Position numbers and translations under genes: made by a program. Positions 1 through 10,331 of a stretch of DNA of 64,000 nucleotides are shown piece by piece. The stretch comes from an uncultured Actinomycetes bacterium (GTDB taxonomy: Bacteria > SZUA-79 > Acidulodesulfobacterales > Acidulodesulfobacteraceae). The number at the start of each line of letters is the position of its first letter. Position 1 is the first letter of the stretch. The notes beneath the pieces are model-generated. The model was not told where the DNA came from. It saw only the letters and a program-made list of their open reading frames with translations, and searched no databases. The stretch covers positions 54,406-118,405 of the forward strand of contig CAZVZU010000003.1 of assembly GCA_964631685.1 (NCBI GenBank), given 5' to 3'.

Positions 1-35
1 TATAGCCGAATGGCCGGCAAGTTGAGCATGTTGGA

Positions 36-608
36 TTATGCAAAAGCAATCTCAACAATTTCGCATATAATGTGAGCTATTAGTATGTGATTTTCCTGTA
101 TTCTGGGGGTATCGGAGGAGGGGGTTTTTATAATAAAATCGCACATATTTAACATGGCACCGCCATCTAGGCCTGTAAAACCGATAACTTTCATATTTAG
201 CTCTTTAGCTTTCATGATTGCGGATATAATATTTTTTGAGTTTCCCGATGTTGATATTCCCCAAAATATGTCCCCCCCGTGTGCATTTGCCTCCAACTGT
301 CTTGAGAATATACGCGTAAAATCATAATCGTTGGCTATTGCTGTTAAATTGGAAGTGTTTACGGTAAGACTTTCGGCAGGCAATGCCTTTCTCTCTTTGT
401 AAAATCTTGAAACAAGCTCGGCGGCAATGTGTTGCGCGTCGGCTGCAGAACCGCCGTTACCCGCAATAAAAATTTTTCCACTGTTTTTATATGTACGGAT
501 AATAACTTCAGATATTGCGCCTATGGTTGATATGAGCCTTTTATCCTCAGACGCCAACTTTAATAGTTTTTGAGCATCATTAAATCTTTCCGTTATCAAC
601 CGTTTCAC
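36..608 (-). CDS. gmhA: Phosphoheptose isomerase (SIS domain)
   Basis: GNGGSAADAQH, ISTSGNS and TPRIQE motifs; GTG start. Confidence 0.93.
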   Translation of the reverse strand: MKRLITERFNDAQKLLKLASEDKRLISTIGAISEVIIRTYKNSGKIFIAGNGGSAADAQHIAAELVSRFYKERKALPAESLTVNTSNLTAIANDYDFTRIFSRQLEANAHGGDIFWGISTSGNSKNIISAIMKAKELNMKVIGFTGLDGGAMLNMCDFIIKTPSSDTPRIQENHILIAHIICEIVEIAFA

Positions 609-648
609 TGTTTTTTATCTGATATTTAAATTGAATATTAATATTTTT

Positions 649-1926
649 CTATTTGAAAAGTGTTTTGCCTATATCGCTTCTATTGTATTTATGTTCAAAT
701 CTTATGTGTTCTGCAACGGCATAAGCCTTATGCACAATATCCTGAGTTTTACCTTTAACGCAAACGTTTAGCACTCTTCCGCCAGTGGTGTAATATTTTT
801 CATTTACCTTTTTTGTTCCGGCGTGAAAAACATAACAATCTTCGTCTTTATCGGCATTAAGGTAGCATGAGTCTTCAAAGGAAATTTCATAACCGGTTTT
901 GTAATCTTTCGGGTAGCCTAAAGACGATAAAACAAGGCAGATAGATTTGTTATCGTCAAATTCGAGCTCGTAATCCTTTAAATTACCAGTTATCACACTC
1001 AAAAAGAGGTCTATAATATCGGATTTAAGCCTAATAAGTATGGCTTGCGTTTCGGGGTCTCCGAATCTGACGTTAAATTCGAGAACGTAAATATCGTCAC
1101 CTTTTATCATAACCCCTGCATATAATACGCCCTTATAGTCTATACCTTCCCTGTGAAGTCCTTCTAATGTAGGCTCTATCACAGTTTTATTTATTTTATC
1201 CTCCAGGCTTTCTGAAACAAACGGGTTAGGGGAAATAGCTCCCATCCCACCTGTATTTTCACCCTTGTCTTCGTCCAATATTTTTTTGTAGTCCATACTA
1301 GTAGCAAGGGGTTTATAGGAAACGCCGTCTGTAATTACCATATATGAAAGCTCAAAGCCGTCTAAGTATTCTTCTACGATAACTGTTTTTCCATTTTCAC
1401 CAAAAATATTTTTATTAAAGATTAAATCTAAAATATTCTTCGATTCCTCGAATCCGTTTGAGATAAAAACACCCTTTCCTGCGGCAAGTCCGCTTGCTTT
1501 CACGACTAATGGGTAATGGCCATCCTTAACAAAGCCAACCGCTTCGGAAAAATTTGTAAATGAACGATAATCCGCCGTTTTTATATTGTTCCTCTTAAGA
1601 AAATCTTTGGCATATTCTTTTGACGATTCCAAAAGGGATGCTTGTTTGTTGGGTCCGAATATTTTTAAACCGTTTTTGATAAATTCATCTACTATTCCCA
1701 AAGATAAAGGAATCTCTGGGCCAACTATGGTTAAATCTATTTCTTTATTCCTTGCAAAATCAACAAGACCTTTTATATCATCCTGTTTTATCATGACATT
1801 TTCGGCATTAATTGATGTGCCACCATTGCCCGGTGCACAGTATACCTTGGTATTGACCTTTGAATTTTTAATGGCACGGACGATAGCGCTCTCTCTTCCA
1901 CCCGAGCCTACAACGAGAACATTCAT
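649..1926 (-). CDS. purD: Phosphoribosylamine-glycine ligase
   Basis: GSGGRE, GLAAGKGV, NTGGMGA, EFNVRFGDPE motifs. Confidence 0.97.
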   Translation of the reverse strand: MNVLVVGSGGRESAIVRAIKNSKVNTKVYCAPGNGGTSINAENVMIKQDDIKGLVDFARNKEIDLTIVGPEIPLSLGIVDEFIKNGLKIFGPNKQASLLESSKEYAKDFLKRNNIKTADYRSFTNFSEAVGFVKDGHYPLVVKASGLAAGKGVFISNGFEESKNILDLIFNKNIFGENGKTVIVEEYLDGFELSYMVITDGVSYKPLATSMDYKKILDEDKGENTGGMGAISPNPFVSESLEDKINKTVIEPTLEGLHREGIDYKGVLYAGVMIKGDDIYVLEFNVRFGDPETQAILIRLKSDIIDLFLSVITGNLKDYELEFDDNKSICLVLSSLGYPKDYKTGYEISFEDSCYLNADKDEDCYVFHAGTKKVNEKYYTTGGRVLNVCVKGKTQDIVHKAYAVAEHIRFEHKYNRSDIGKTLFK

Positions 1927-1991
1927 GGATATATTCCTATCTCCTTTTTTAATTCTTTCCTTATCGTTAAAGAATATAACGAAACAGATGT

Positions 1992-3608
1992 TTAATGTTT
2001 AAAATGCCTTACGTTAGTGAATACCATAGGAATATTTAATTTATTTGCCTCATCTACGACCTCGTCATCCCTTATGGAACCGCCGGGCTCTATGATACCT
2101 ATTACGCCTATTTTACCTGCGTATTCTATCGAATCCTTGAACGGAAAAAATCCATCCGAAGCCATAACGAAATGCTCAATATTGCCATAAGCGTTCACCA
2201 TTTTTTGATATGCAAATTTAGCGCTGTCTATTCTTGACATCTGACCTGCTCCGATACCTTTAGTGGTACGATCTTTTGCGTACACTATTGCATTAGACTT
2301 GACATGTTTGGCAATTTTCCATGCAAACAGAAGATTATCCATTGTGTCGTCGCTAATCTTTTTGTTGGTAACAGTTTTAAATAGGTGCAACGCATCCGAT
2401 ACATCATCTTTTTCTTGTACTAGTATGCCCCCCGATGCGCTTCTTAGGGAAAATTTATCTCTTTTAAGCATGAAATCGTTAAAATACTCTATTATTATTG
2501 TATTTTTTTTGGTTTTTAGAATTTCTGCGGCATCCTCGCTATAACCCGGAGCCAAAATAATTTCAACAAAAAAAGGTTTTATTTTTAATGCGGTGTCTTT
2601 GTCTACGGGCTTGTTAAAGCTCATTATCCCGCCGTAAGACGAGATTTCATCTGTTTTTCTCGCTTTAATGAAGGCATCTTCTAATGATATCTTGCTTAAT
2701 GCGGCACCGCAGGGGTTAGTGTGCTTAACTATCACGGAAAACCAATCATTTTCCGTATAAAAATCTCTCATCACGCTGAGAGCTGAATCTATGTCTAAGA
2801 GATTGTTGTATGAAATATCCTTTCCCGATATTTTTTTAAAGCCAGGATAATTATCTATTTTGCGCTCGGTTGTAGTTAGTATTTTGAAATCTTTGTCCGT
2901 TGACGTTTCATAAAAAGCAGCTTTTTGATGGGGATTTTCGCCATATCTTAGGCGCGATAATTTTCTTAAATTTAATATTAACTCTCCTTCGAAGACCGTA
3001 TCTTTTTCCCCCTCGTCTGAAACGAGAAAATTAGAAATCTCATTGTCATAGCATGCGGTGAGTTTAAAGGCTTCGTATGCAAATATTTTTTTGATTTCCA
3101 AGGGTATTTCTTGTTTATTTTTAAGAAATTCTATCGTATCGGGGTAGTAATCAGGGTTTATCACAACGGAAACATGTTTAAAGTTCTTTGCTGCGGCCCT
3201 TATCAGAGAAACGCCGCCTATATCTATGAATTCAAGTTTTTCTTCCATCGTTATATCGTTGCCTTTCATTTCTTTAAACGGATATAAATTGACGACAACA
3301 AAATCTATGGGATTTATGTTGTTTTTCCTCATATCCTCCGTGTGTTCTTCGTTGTCCCTTATGGATAATATTCCTCCAAAAATAGCAGGATGTAAGGTTT
3401 TAACCCTTCCATTCATAATTTCCGGAAAGTTGGTTATATCTTCTACGCGTTTTAAATCGATGATACCCGCGGCTTCCAATGTGTTGTATGTATTTCCGGT
3501 TGCAATTATTGTGTAGCCGGCTATTTCAAGGTAGGTGGCAAGTTCTACTACGCCTGTTTTATCGTAAACAGACACAAGAGCATATCTTTTTTTAGGCATA
3601 ACGGTCAT
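1992..3608 (-). CDS. purH: Bifunctional AICAR transformylase/IMP cyclohydrolase
   Basis: GRVKTLHP, LRYGENPHQ, GAGQMSRIDS, C-terminal RHFKH. Confidence 0.97.
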   Translation of the reverse strand: MTVMPKKRYALVSVYDKTGVVELATYLEIAGYTIIATGNTYNTLEAAGIIDLKRVEDITNFPEIMNGRVKTLHPAIFGGILSIRDNEEHTEDMRKNNINPIDFVVVNLYPFKEMKGNDITMEEKLEFIDIGGVSLIRAAAKNFKHVSVVINPDYYPDTIEFLKNKQEIPLEIKKIFAYEAFKLTACYDNEISNFLVSDEGEKDTVFEGELILNLRKLSRLRYGENPHQKAAFYETSTDKDFKILTTTERKIDNYPGFKKISGKDISYNNLLDIDSALSVMRDFYTENDWFSVIVKHTNPCGAALSKISLEDAFIKARKTDEISSYGGIMSFNKPVDKDTALKIKPFFVEIILAPGYSEDAAEILKTKKNTIIIEYFNDFMLKRDKFSLRSASGGILVQEKDDVSDALHLFKTVTNKKISDDTMDNLLFAWKIAKHVKSNAIVYAKDRTTKGIGAGQMSRIDSAKFAYQKMVNAYGNIEHFVMASDGFFPFKDSIEYAGKIGVIGIIEPGGSIRDDEVVDEANKLNIPMVFTNVRHFKH

Positions 3609-3736
3609 TTTTTCCTTTGATTTTAAAATATTATATAGTAGAATATAACAGAATTTTATTACATTCTACTAATTTTAAATATTTATTTCAATCAATAATT
3701 TTACGGCTAATCTTCACTATAGTCAGGGAGGGGTGG

Positions 3737-3910
3737 ATGAAAAGATTAAAATTGGCGACCTTATTCTTTTTGATTTTTATTACGACAAATTTTCTGACGG
3801 GATGTGCTCTTTTGCTTATCGGCGGTCTCGCCGGAACCACCGGTTATTTTGCCGCTAAGCAAGGTTACTCCGTTCAATCCCCTATTATTAAGAAGAATAA
3901 ACAAAAATAA
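3737..3910 (+). CDS. Small lipoprotein (57 aa), unknown function
   Basis: ATG at 3737 after GGGAGGGG; signal peptide with LTGC lipobox, then a Gly-rich hydrophobic segment; the track start at 3617 is probably too far upstream. Confidence 0.7.
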   Translation: MKRLKLATLFFLIFITTNFLTGCALLLIGGLAGTTGYFAAKQGYSVQSPIIKKNKQK

Positions 3911-3923
3911 CCGTGATGATTTT

Positions 3924-4439
3924 ATGGGTGAAACGGAGAAAAATGATATGGAAGTCTTAATTGTTATTGGCTCTAAAAACGATTTGACCGACATAGATGG
4001 TGCAATTAATATATTAAACAAGTTTAATGTTACGTTTGAAGTTCATATTTCATCCGCGCATAGGACGCTTAAAAGAACTATAGAGCTCGTTGAATCATCC
4101 GAAAAACACGGCACAAAGGTGATTATTGCGGCTGCGGGGATGAGCGCTCATCTTCCGGGTGTCATTGCTGCCTTAACTGTTATGCCGGTTATAGGCGTCC
4201 CTCTTGACTCGTCTGCCCTGCACGGCATAGACAGTCTATTATCTATTGTTCAAATGCCGTCGGGCATTCCCGTTGCAACGACAGCCATCGGCAAAACAGG
4301 TGCGACTAATGCCGCTCTTCTTTCAATCTCCATTCTTGCCGTTAACAATGTAGGTTTGACCGAAAAACTTAAGAAATATAGGAAAGAGCTTGAAGAATCC
4401 GTTGCTAAATCGGACAGTGAGCTTAATATAAATTCTTAA
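3924..4439 (+). CDS. purE: N5-CAIR mutase
   Basis: SAHRT, AAAGMSAHLPG, SIVQMPSGIPVAT; start moved to ATG 3924. Confidence 0.95.
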   Translation: MGETEKNDMEVLIVIGSKNDLTDIDGAINILNKFNVTFEVHISSAHRTLKRTIELVESSEKHGTKVIIAAAGMSAHLPGVIAALTVMPVIGVPLDSSALHGIDSLLSIVQMPSGIPVATTAIGKTGATNAALLSISILAVNNVGLTEKLKKYRKELEESVAKSDSELNINS

Positions 4440-4509
4440 TGGTTATGACAAGGGTTTTCTGATTCTAATCGGCAACAATAAATTTATTATAAGATCTTAA
4501 TGAAATATT

Positions 4510-4974
4510 ATGGGAAATATGAGATTAAGCCTTTCGATATATGCTAATCTATCGGTTTCTGTACTCACAGGGGTTTTGGCGCAACTTTTTATGAAATACG
4601 GCATGAACGGCTTAAAAAGCAACGGCCGTTTAGTCGGAATACATCTAAATATTTCATCGGTTTTGCTTTCTAATGTTATCAATATTTTATATGTAATTTT
4701 TACAAACAAGTTTGTCATAATGGGTATTATTTTATATTTGATATCAATGTTTTTTTGGATTAATGTCCTGTCTAAAATAGATTTATCGGTGGCATACCCA
4801 TTTGTGAGTATAGGGGTCGTTCTTACCGTTGTACTCGCGGCGATTATGCTTCACGAGTCTATACCCCTGCTAAGGTGGATAGGAATATTTGTCACCCTGT
4901 CGGGAGTATATCTTATCGTGTCTTCTCATAAAGACAATGGCAAGGCAGGGTTAAAACGAACGGTAACGAGTTAA
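4510..4974 (+). CDS. EamA/SMR-type membrane protein, ArnE/ArnF flippase-like
   Basis: Four hydrophobic helices, AQLFMK near N-terminus, LSVAYPF motif. Confidence 0.7.
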   Translation: MGNMRLSLSIYANLSVSVLTGVLAQLFMKYGMNGLKSNGRLVGIHLNISSVLLSNVINILYVIFTNKFVIMGIILYLISMFFWINVLSKIDLSVAYPFVSIGVVLTVVLAAIMLHESIPLLRWIGIFVTLSGVYLIVSSHKDNGKAGLKRTVTS

Positions 4975-5075
4975 TTGCCTGCTCGTAACGGGTAAACTTG
5001 AAAATGGCGAATATAAAAATGTTTACTTCTTAAATATGGTGGTTGATGGGTTATAGCAATGCCCATGTATGAAAA

Positions 5076-5801
5076 ATGTTAATCATTAAAGATTATATGA
5101 AAACACAAGAGCAAATCAAGAAATTAGCGCCGTGTCGGATCGGACTTAATGACGGTTTGAAAATTTGTAATTTGAATGATTTGACAGAAAAGGATTATGC
5201 CGATATCGGTGAATATATGAGTTCGTCGGGTATTATCATTTATCCGACCGAAACATCTTATGCAATTGGGGCTAACGCCCTTGATAATACCGCAGTAAAT
5301 GCGATTTACAGCATTAAGGGCAGGGAACTTACAGAACCACTTCCTATTATAGTAAAAGATTTAAATATGTTAATTAATCTTGCTTATGTTAATAGGCAGG
5401 AAGAGGATATTATTTCAAAATTCTGGCCGGGGCCGTTGACTATATTGTTTAAATCTAAAAAAATAAACAATTATTTTTTGTTTACATCTGATTCAGAATT
5501 TATAGGTGCAAGGATTTCGCCTCATTCCTTTCTTGAGTCGTTGTTTGATAAAATAGATTTTCCGATAATTTCTACAAGCGCAAATATTTCGGGAGAGGAT
5601 AGCCTGACGGATTTAGAAGGCGTAAGAAGAGTTTTTGGTGCATATGGAGATAAGGTTATTGTGATAAGCGATAGTGAGCTTTCAGGAGGTTCATCTACCA
5701 TAATAAGGATAGAAAAAGGAAAGGTTACGATAGTGAGGGAAGGCGATAACAATATGAAGGAGCGTCTATCTTGCTACATGAGAAATAAAAAATTGTTATA
5801 G
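5076..5801 (+). CDS. tsaC: L-threonylcarbamoyladenylate synthase (Sua5/YrdC)
   Basis: YPTETSY, KGR, WPGPLT, STSAN motifs. Confidence 0.9.
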   Translation: MLIIKDYMKTQEQIKKLAPCRIGLNDGLKICNLNDLTEKDYADIGEYMSSSGIIIYPTETSYAIGANALDNTAVNAIYSIKGRELTEPLPIIVKDLNMLINLAYVNRQEEDIISKFWPGPLTILFKSKKINNYFLFTSDSEFIGARISPHSFLESLFDKIDFPIISTSANISGEDSLTDLEGVRRVFGAYGDKVIVISDSELSGGSSTIIRIEKGKVTIVREGDNNMKERLSCYMRNKKLL

Positions 5802-5866
5802 TTGTTATATAAATAATAGGACGCTCTCCTCATATGTGCGGAGAGGGAGTTGGAGGTGCGGATAGA

Positions 5867-6733
5867 ATGAAAGAAAGTAAAGATTTAATAGGTATAATCG
5901 GTGGCAGCGGATTGTATCATATGAAAGGATTAGAAAATGTAAGGGAGAAATTCTTTAATACTCCCTTCGGCGTTCCGTCGGATAAGTTGGTTTTTGGAGA
6001 AATAAACGGAAAAGAGTTTGTTTTTATACCTAGACATGGAAGGGGACATAAGATTTTGCCATCCGAAATAAATTATGCCGCAAATATTTATGCGCTTAAG
6101 GCAGTCGGCGTTAAGAAAATTATATCTGTTAGCGCAGTAGGAAGTCTTAAGAAAAGTATCAAGCCCGGTGATATGATTGTTATTGACCAATTTTTCGATT
6201 TCACAAAAAATAGAAAAAGTACATTTTTTGGCGATGGCATAGTAGCGCATGTTTCAATGGCAGAGCCCGTTTGTCCATATTTAAGTAAGATAGTAATAAA
6301 TTCATGTAAATCGCTGGGGATACCCTGTCATGAAAAAGGGACATACTTATGTATTGAGGGGCCGCAATTTTCTACAAGGGCGGAGTCCCTTTTCTACCAA
6401 CAGGGTAATTTTGATGTCGTAGGAATGACAAATGCTACTGAAGCCAAGCTTGCCAAAGAAGCTGAACTTTGTTACATTACTATCGCCATGGCGACGGATT
6501 ACGATTGTTGGCACGATGCAGAAGATAACGTAACTGCAGATATGATACTTAAGATTCTTAATGAGAATACCCAAAAGGCTGAAAATATAATTAAAGATGT
6601 GGCTAAGGTTATAGATTTTGACGAAAGAGAGTGTGTTTGCGGGTCATCTCTCAGGCAGTCTGTGGTAACGGCAAAGGAAGATGTTCCGGCTAAGACCTTG
6701 AAAAGACTTTCTATTTTTAATTTGTATGGGTAA
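5867..6733 (+). CDS. mtnP: S-methyl-5'-thioadenosine phosphorylase
   Basis: GIIGGSG, RHGRGH, EGPQFSTRAE, TDYDCW; ATG 5867 follows GGAGGTG. Confidence 0.93.
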   Translation: MKESKDLIGIIGGSGLYHMKGLENVREKFFNTPFGVPSDKLVFGEINGKEFVFIPRHGRGHKILPSEINYAANIYALKAVGVKKIISVSAVGSLKKSIKPGDMIVIDQFFDFTKNRKSTFFGDGIVAHVSMAEPVCPYLSKIVINSCKSLGIPCHEKGTYLCIEGPQFSTRAESLFYQQGNFDVVGMTNATEAKLAKEAELCYITIAMATDYDCWHDAEDNVTADMILKILNENTQKAENIIKDVAKVIDFDERECVCGSSLRQSVVTAKEDVPAKTLKRLSIFNLYG

Positions 6734-6828
6734 TAAATCATCGGCGGGTTAGATTGATGCATGTTTGCGTATGATGGACGATAGCTGTCCATTGCGTTTT
6801 ATATTAACATTTATTTACGGGGTAACAA

Positions 6829-7743
6829 ATGGCTATAACTGTTGTTGGTTCAATAGCAATGGATAATGTTGAAACACCATTTAATAAAATGAATAATATT
6901 CTTGGGGGTTCCGCATCATTTTTTTCATTGGCATCATCATTTATGACGGACACGAAAATAATTGGTGTTGTGGGGAGTGATTTTAATAAGGAGTATCTTG
7001 ATATTTTTAAAGATAGGGCAATAGACATTACGGGTTTAAGTGTGGAAGATGGTAAAACTTTTCACTGGGAAGGAAGATATGATTATGACCTATCCGATCC
7101 CGAAACATTAAAAACAGAACTCGGGGTTTTTTCCTCTTTCAAACCGGTAGTGCCTCATAGTTTTAAGAATGACATGCTCTTTCTTGCTAATATAGATCCC
7201 GATATTCAGCTTGATGTTTTAAGCCAGATGAGTTCATCGAAACTAATCGCACTTGACACTATGAATTTTTGGATTGAAGGAAAAAAAGAAAGGCTTATTG
7301 AAGTTATAGAAAAATCCGATATATTTATTATAAATGAATCGGAAGCAAGGCTTTTGACGGGTAAATCTTCTATATTTGCAGCTGCTAAGGTCATAACCCA
7401 TGATTTTGGCGCAAAAGTATTGGTGTTAAAAAGGGGAGCATACGGTGCAACAATGTTTTTTGACGAACATTTTTTTATTGTCCCCGCTTATCCCTTGGAA
7501 GATATTAAGGATCCTACCGGTGCGGGTGATTCGTTTGCCGGGGGTTTTTTGGGGTATATAGATAGCACTGGAGATATGTCTTTTGAAAATTTTAAAAAGG
7601 CTCTTGTTTTCGGAAATATTATGGCGTCGTTTGCCGTCGAGGATTTTTCCGTTCATGGATTGACGGCAATAAAAATAGAAGAAATCATGGATAGATTTAA
7701 AAAATTCAGAGATATGACATATTTTGGAGAATTGTCGCTTTAA
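6829..7743 (+). CDS. PfkB-family carbohydrate/nucleoside kinase
   Basis: GGSA, INESEA and DPTGAGDSFAGG signature. Confidence 0.9.
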   Translation: MAITVVGSIAMDNVETPFNKMNNILGGSASFFSLASSFMTDTKIIGVVGSDFNKEYLDIFKDRAIDITGLSVEDGKTFHWEGRYDYDLSDPETLKTELGVFSSFKPVVPHSFKNDMLFLANIDPDIQLDVLSQMSSSKLIALDTMNFWIEGKKERLIEVIEKSDIFIINESEARLLTGKSSIFAAAKVITHDFGAKVLVLKRGAYGATMFFDEHFFIVPAYPLEDIKDPTGAGDSFAGGFLGYIDSTGDMSFENFKKALVFGNIMASFAVEDFSVHGLTAIKIEEIMDRFKKFRDMTYFGELSL

Positions 7744-7776
7744 ATTTAATTTTAATAATGCTATTATTACGTTGTT

Positions 7777-8568
7777 ATGTTTAAATTAGATAGTCGTATA
7801 AAATTAGTCTTTATAATGCTGTTAATGGCGGTTTTATCCGCTGGTTTGTATGGGTGCGGATTTTCCCAGGTTTCTAAAACAAAGAAACTCAAGGCAGATC
7901 TTTTTTACAAGCTCGGGGCTGGATACTACCAAAATGGAAACTATGTAAAGGCAATGCAGGAGTTTATCAAGGCAAAGACGTCAGATCCCTATTCGGCAAA
8001 AGATTACAATGCCATAGGCATGGTCTATATGATGACCCACAGAAAAGGTATGGCTGTGGTAAATTTTAAAAAAGCCGTTGAATTAAATCCAAAATTTTCT
8101 TATGCCTATTATAATCTTGCACTTATCTATATGAAAAAGCGTGATTACGAGAATGCTAAAATTAACCTAAAAAAGGCATTGTTGAATCCGTTTTATAACC
8201 AGCCCTACGAAAGCTATACCCAGCTTGCAAGAATTTACATTATAGAAAATAAATTAAAAAAAGCGAATAAATTATTGCTTATTTCAGAATCACTCGGTAA
8301 AAAGTATTTCCTTACTTACTATTATCTCGGAGAGATATATCTCATTAAAGGACAATTGCGGAAGAGTTTATTTAATTTTAAAAAGGCTATTAGTCTTAAT
8401 ATTTTTTATGCCTCAGCAAGATACAAAGTAGGTGTTGTGTATTTTAGGCTAAGGAGATACAAAGAGGCAAAAGAAATTTTTAATTATATATATAAACATG
8501 ATGGAAACGCTAACGCTAGAGTAAAATCATTTAATTATTTGAAAAAAATTAGACTTTACGGCTATTAA
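7777..8568 (+). CDS. TPR lipoprotein, type IV pilus pilotin PilF/PilW-like
   Basis: LYGC lipobox, TPR repeats, lies before rodZ. Confidence 0.75.
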   Translation: MFKLDSRIKLVFIMLLMAVLSAGLYGCGFSQVSKTKKLKADLFYKLGAGYYQNGNYVKAMQEFIKAKTSDPYSAKDYNAIGMVYMMTHRKGMAVVNFKKAVELNPKFSYAYYNLALIYMKKRDYENAKINLKKALLNPFYNQPYESYTQLARIYIIENKLKKANKLLLISESLGKKYFLTYYYLGEIYLIKGQLRKSLFNFKKAISLNIFYASARYKVGVVYFRLRRYKEAKEIFNYIYKHDGNANARVKSFNYLKKIRLYGY

Positions 8569-8588
8569 ATTTATTTTGGTCCTAATCT

Positions 8589-9326
8589 ATGGAAACAATA
8601 GGGGAGTATCTTAAATTAAAAAGAGAAGATATTGGGCAGACTTTTGACACAATTTCCGGAATAACGAAGATAAGGCCCCAATACATTGAAGCAATTGAGA
8701 AAGATGATTTTTCTTTATTTTCTTCGCCCCAAATTTTAAAAGGGTATATCAAATTAATAGCTAAAACGATAGATGCTGATGAGGAGTATGCGTTAGGCTT
8801 ATTAGAACCGCAACTTGAAGCATGTTTTAAACACAAAAATGTTGAGGATATTTTAGGCGAACAACTAAGAGAAGAAAAACAGAGGTATTACAGTTTAAGA
8901 AAGAGAATCTTAGTTATAATACTTGCTGGTATGTTCATTATAGTTATATTCTTCGCATCATTAAAGATTTTAGAGTTTTTTACATTCAGGACGCACTATG
9001 CAACTACTATTTCATACCATGTGCCCAAAAAGGTGGCATTAGACCATATCTCCAAAAAAAAGAGTGGGAACAATGCAAGTTATTCTATCGTATTAAGGGG
9101 AAAAGTGACAAGAAAGACGTGGGTTGCTGTGATAGTAGATAATCAACAGCCGAAGACTTATATGTTATTTCCGGGAGATGTGGAGATATGGCAGGCTAAA
9201 AAGACATTGAAGATCAAAATAGGCAATGCCGGTGGAATCAATCTGAATTATAACGGAAAAAGCTTAGGAAAATTGGGCGTAGAAAAAGAAGTAGTGACCT
9301 TAAATTTTGAAAAAAAGTCCGGTTGA
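8589..9326 (+). CDS. rodZ: RodZ-like cell shape protein
   Basis: N-terminal HTH (IGEYLKLKRE), single TM helix, C-terminal IGNAGG domain. Confidence 0.85.
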   Translation: METIGEYLKLKREDIGQTFDTISGITKIRPQYIEAIEKDDFSLFSSPQILKGYIKLIAKTIDADEEYALGLLEPQLEACFKHKNVEDILGEQLREEKQRYYSLRKRILVIILAGMFIIVIFFASLKILEFFTFRTHYATTISYHVPKKVALDHISKKKSGNNASYSIVLRGKVTRKTWVAVIVDNQQPKTYMLFPGDVEIWQAKKTLKIKIGNAGGINLNYNGKSLGKLGVEKEVVTLNFEKKSG

Positions 9327-9386
9327 AGTTAATATATTATAAATAGAGTTTCCCTATTGCATGTGACTTTGATTGTAAAAACATTA

Positions 9387-9415
9387 TTGACTTTTTAGAA
9401 AATAAACAGTAGACT
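9387..9415 (+). promoter_or_regulatory. Sigma70-like promoter of tusA
   Basis: TTGACT-17 bp-TAGACT; AGGAGG before the ATG. Confidence 0.55.
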
Positions 9416-9463
9416 GAAAGAGTTTTTAAAAACTAAAACATATACATTTAAGGAGGCAACATT

Positions 9464-9697
9464 ATGGCAGTATCCCCAAATAAAACCCTTGATGCGAGCG
9501 GTTTGTCATGTCCATTACCAATAGTTAAAACCAAGAAAGAGATTGATACTATGAGTTCAGGGCAAATTTTGGAAGTTATTTCGACCGATCCTGGTTCTAA
9601 AAACGATATGACGGCATGGTGTAAAAGGACAGGCAATGAACTCTTGGAGTCGATGGAAGAGGGTGGAAAGTTTAAGTTTTATATTAAAAAATCATAA
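9464..9697 (+). CDS. tusA: Sulfur carrier TusA family protein
   Basis: LDASGLSCPLP motif, 77 aa. Confidence 0.92.
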   Translation: MAVSPNKTLDASGLSCPLPIVKTKKEIDTMSSGQILEVISTDPGSKNDMTAWCKRTGNELLESMEEGGKFKFYIKKS

Positions 9698-9725
9698 TTT
9701 AGGGTTAATTTTAAATATAAAAACT

Positions 9726-9821
9726 GAAGACATGTCTTGACATTGAGCCTTGACGGTTTTTTCGTGATGTTGCGCGAAAAAAACAAGGGTGTTTGCACCG
9801 ATGGTTAGGGCATGTCTTTTT
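9726..9821 (+). other. Long G-U-rich RNA hairpin followed by a U tract (terminator or structured RNA)
   Basis: 9726-9745 pairs with 9799-9819, 9748-9752 with 9784-9788, 9757-9766 with 9773-9782. Confidence 0.6.
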
Positions 9822-9953
9822 ATATCATTGCCTTGGTTAGTTTGCGTGTTCATGAGTGCCACGGCAAAATGTTATGAATAGTCGAATTCCTGACTTCGTT
9901 TTTTGTCATAATAGCTCATATCAATTAATTTAAATTTAATAAATAGCGAAGAG

Positions 9954-10331
9954 ATGAAAAAGGAGAGTGACGGGTTGCTTCGACGCGGTCCGCTTCCATT
10001 TTTTTTGATTATCGTGGTTGCAGTTTTATTCCAGTTTGTAAGCGCGGATGTCTGTTTCGGGCTTAAGAATCCGTTTGTCCCCCCTTTTAAGGTTAAACAG
10101 TATAAAAATAGCATAAAGAATCCGTTAAACGGTTTAAATCTGCAAGCTATTGCCAGTAGCTCTAATCCCGATAAAGATGTTGCAATAATTAACGATAAGC
10201 CTTATTATATAGGTTCGAAGATTATGGGAAATACGATTGTGAATATTACTTCCAAAGCCGTTGTTATTAAGCTGAAAGGCGGAAAAATCGTAAAACTTTT
10301 ATTGGCAAAATATGAGGGATTTAAAAAATAA
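9954..10331 (+). CDS. PilP/GspC-like pilus assembly protein
   Basis: N-terminal hydrophobic segment, KNPF motif, LQAI...AIIN beta domain; directly before the secretin. Confidence 0.6.
   Translation: MKKESDGLLRRGPLPFFLIIVVAVLFQFVSADVCFGLKNPFVPPFKVKQYKNSIKNPLNGLNLQAIASSSNPDKDVAIINDKPYYIGSKIMGNTIVNITSKAVVIKLKGGKIVKLLLAKYEGFKK

Noticed and set aside
1..29. Possible start of a minus-strand gene (ATG at 29)
   Set aside because: Only nine codons are visible, so it cannot be supported
9726..9821. SRP RNA, 6S RNA or known riboswitch identity for the hairpin
   Set aside because: No SRP domain IV motif, too short for 6S, no riboswitch consensus recognised
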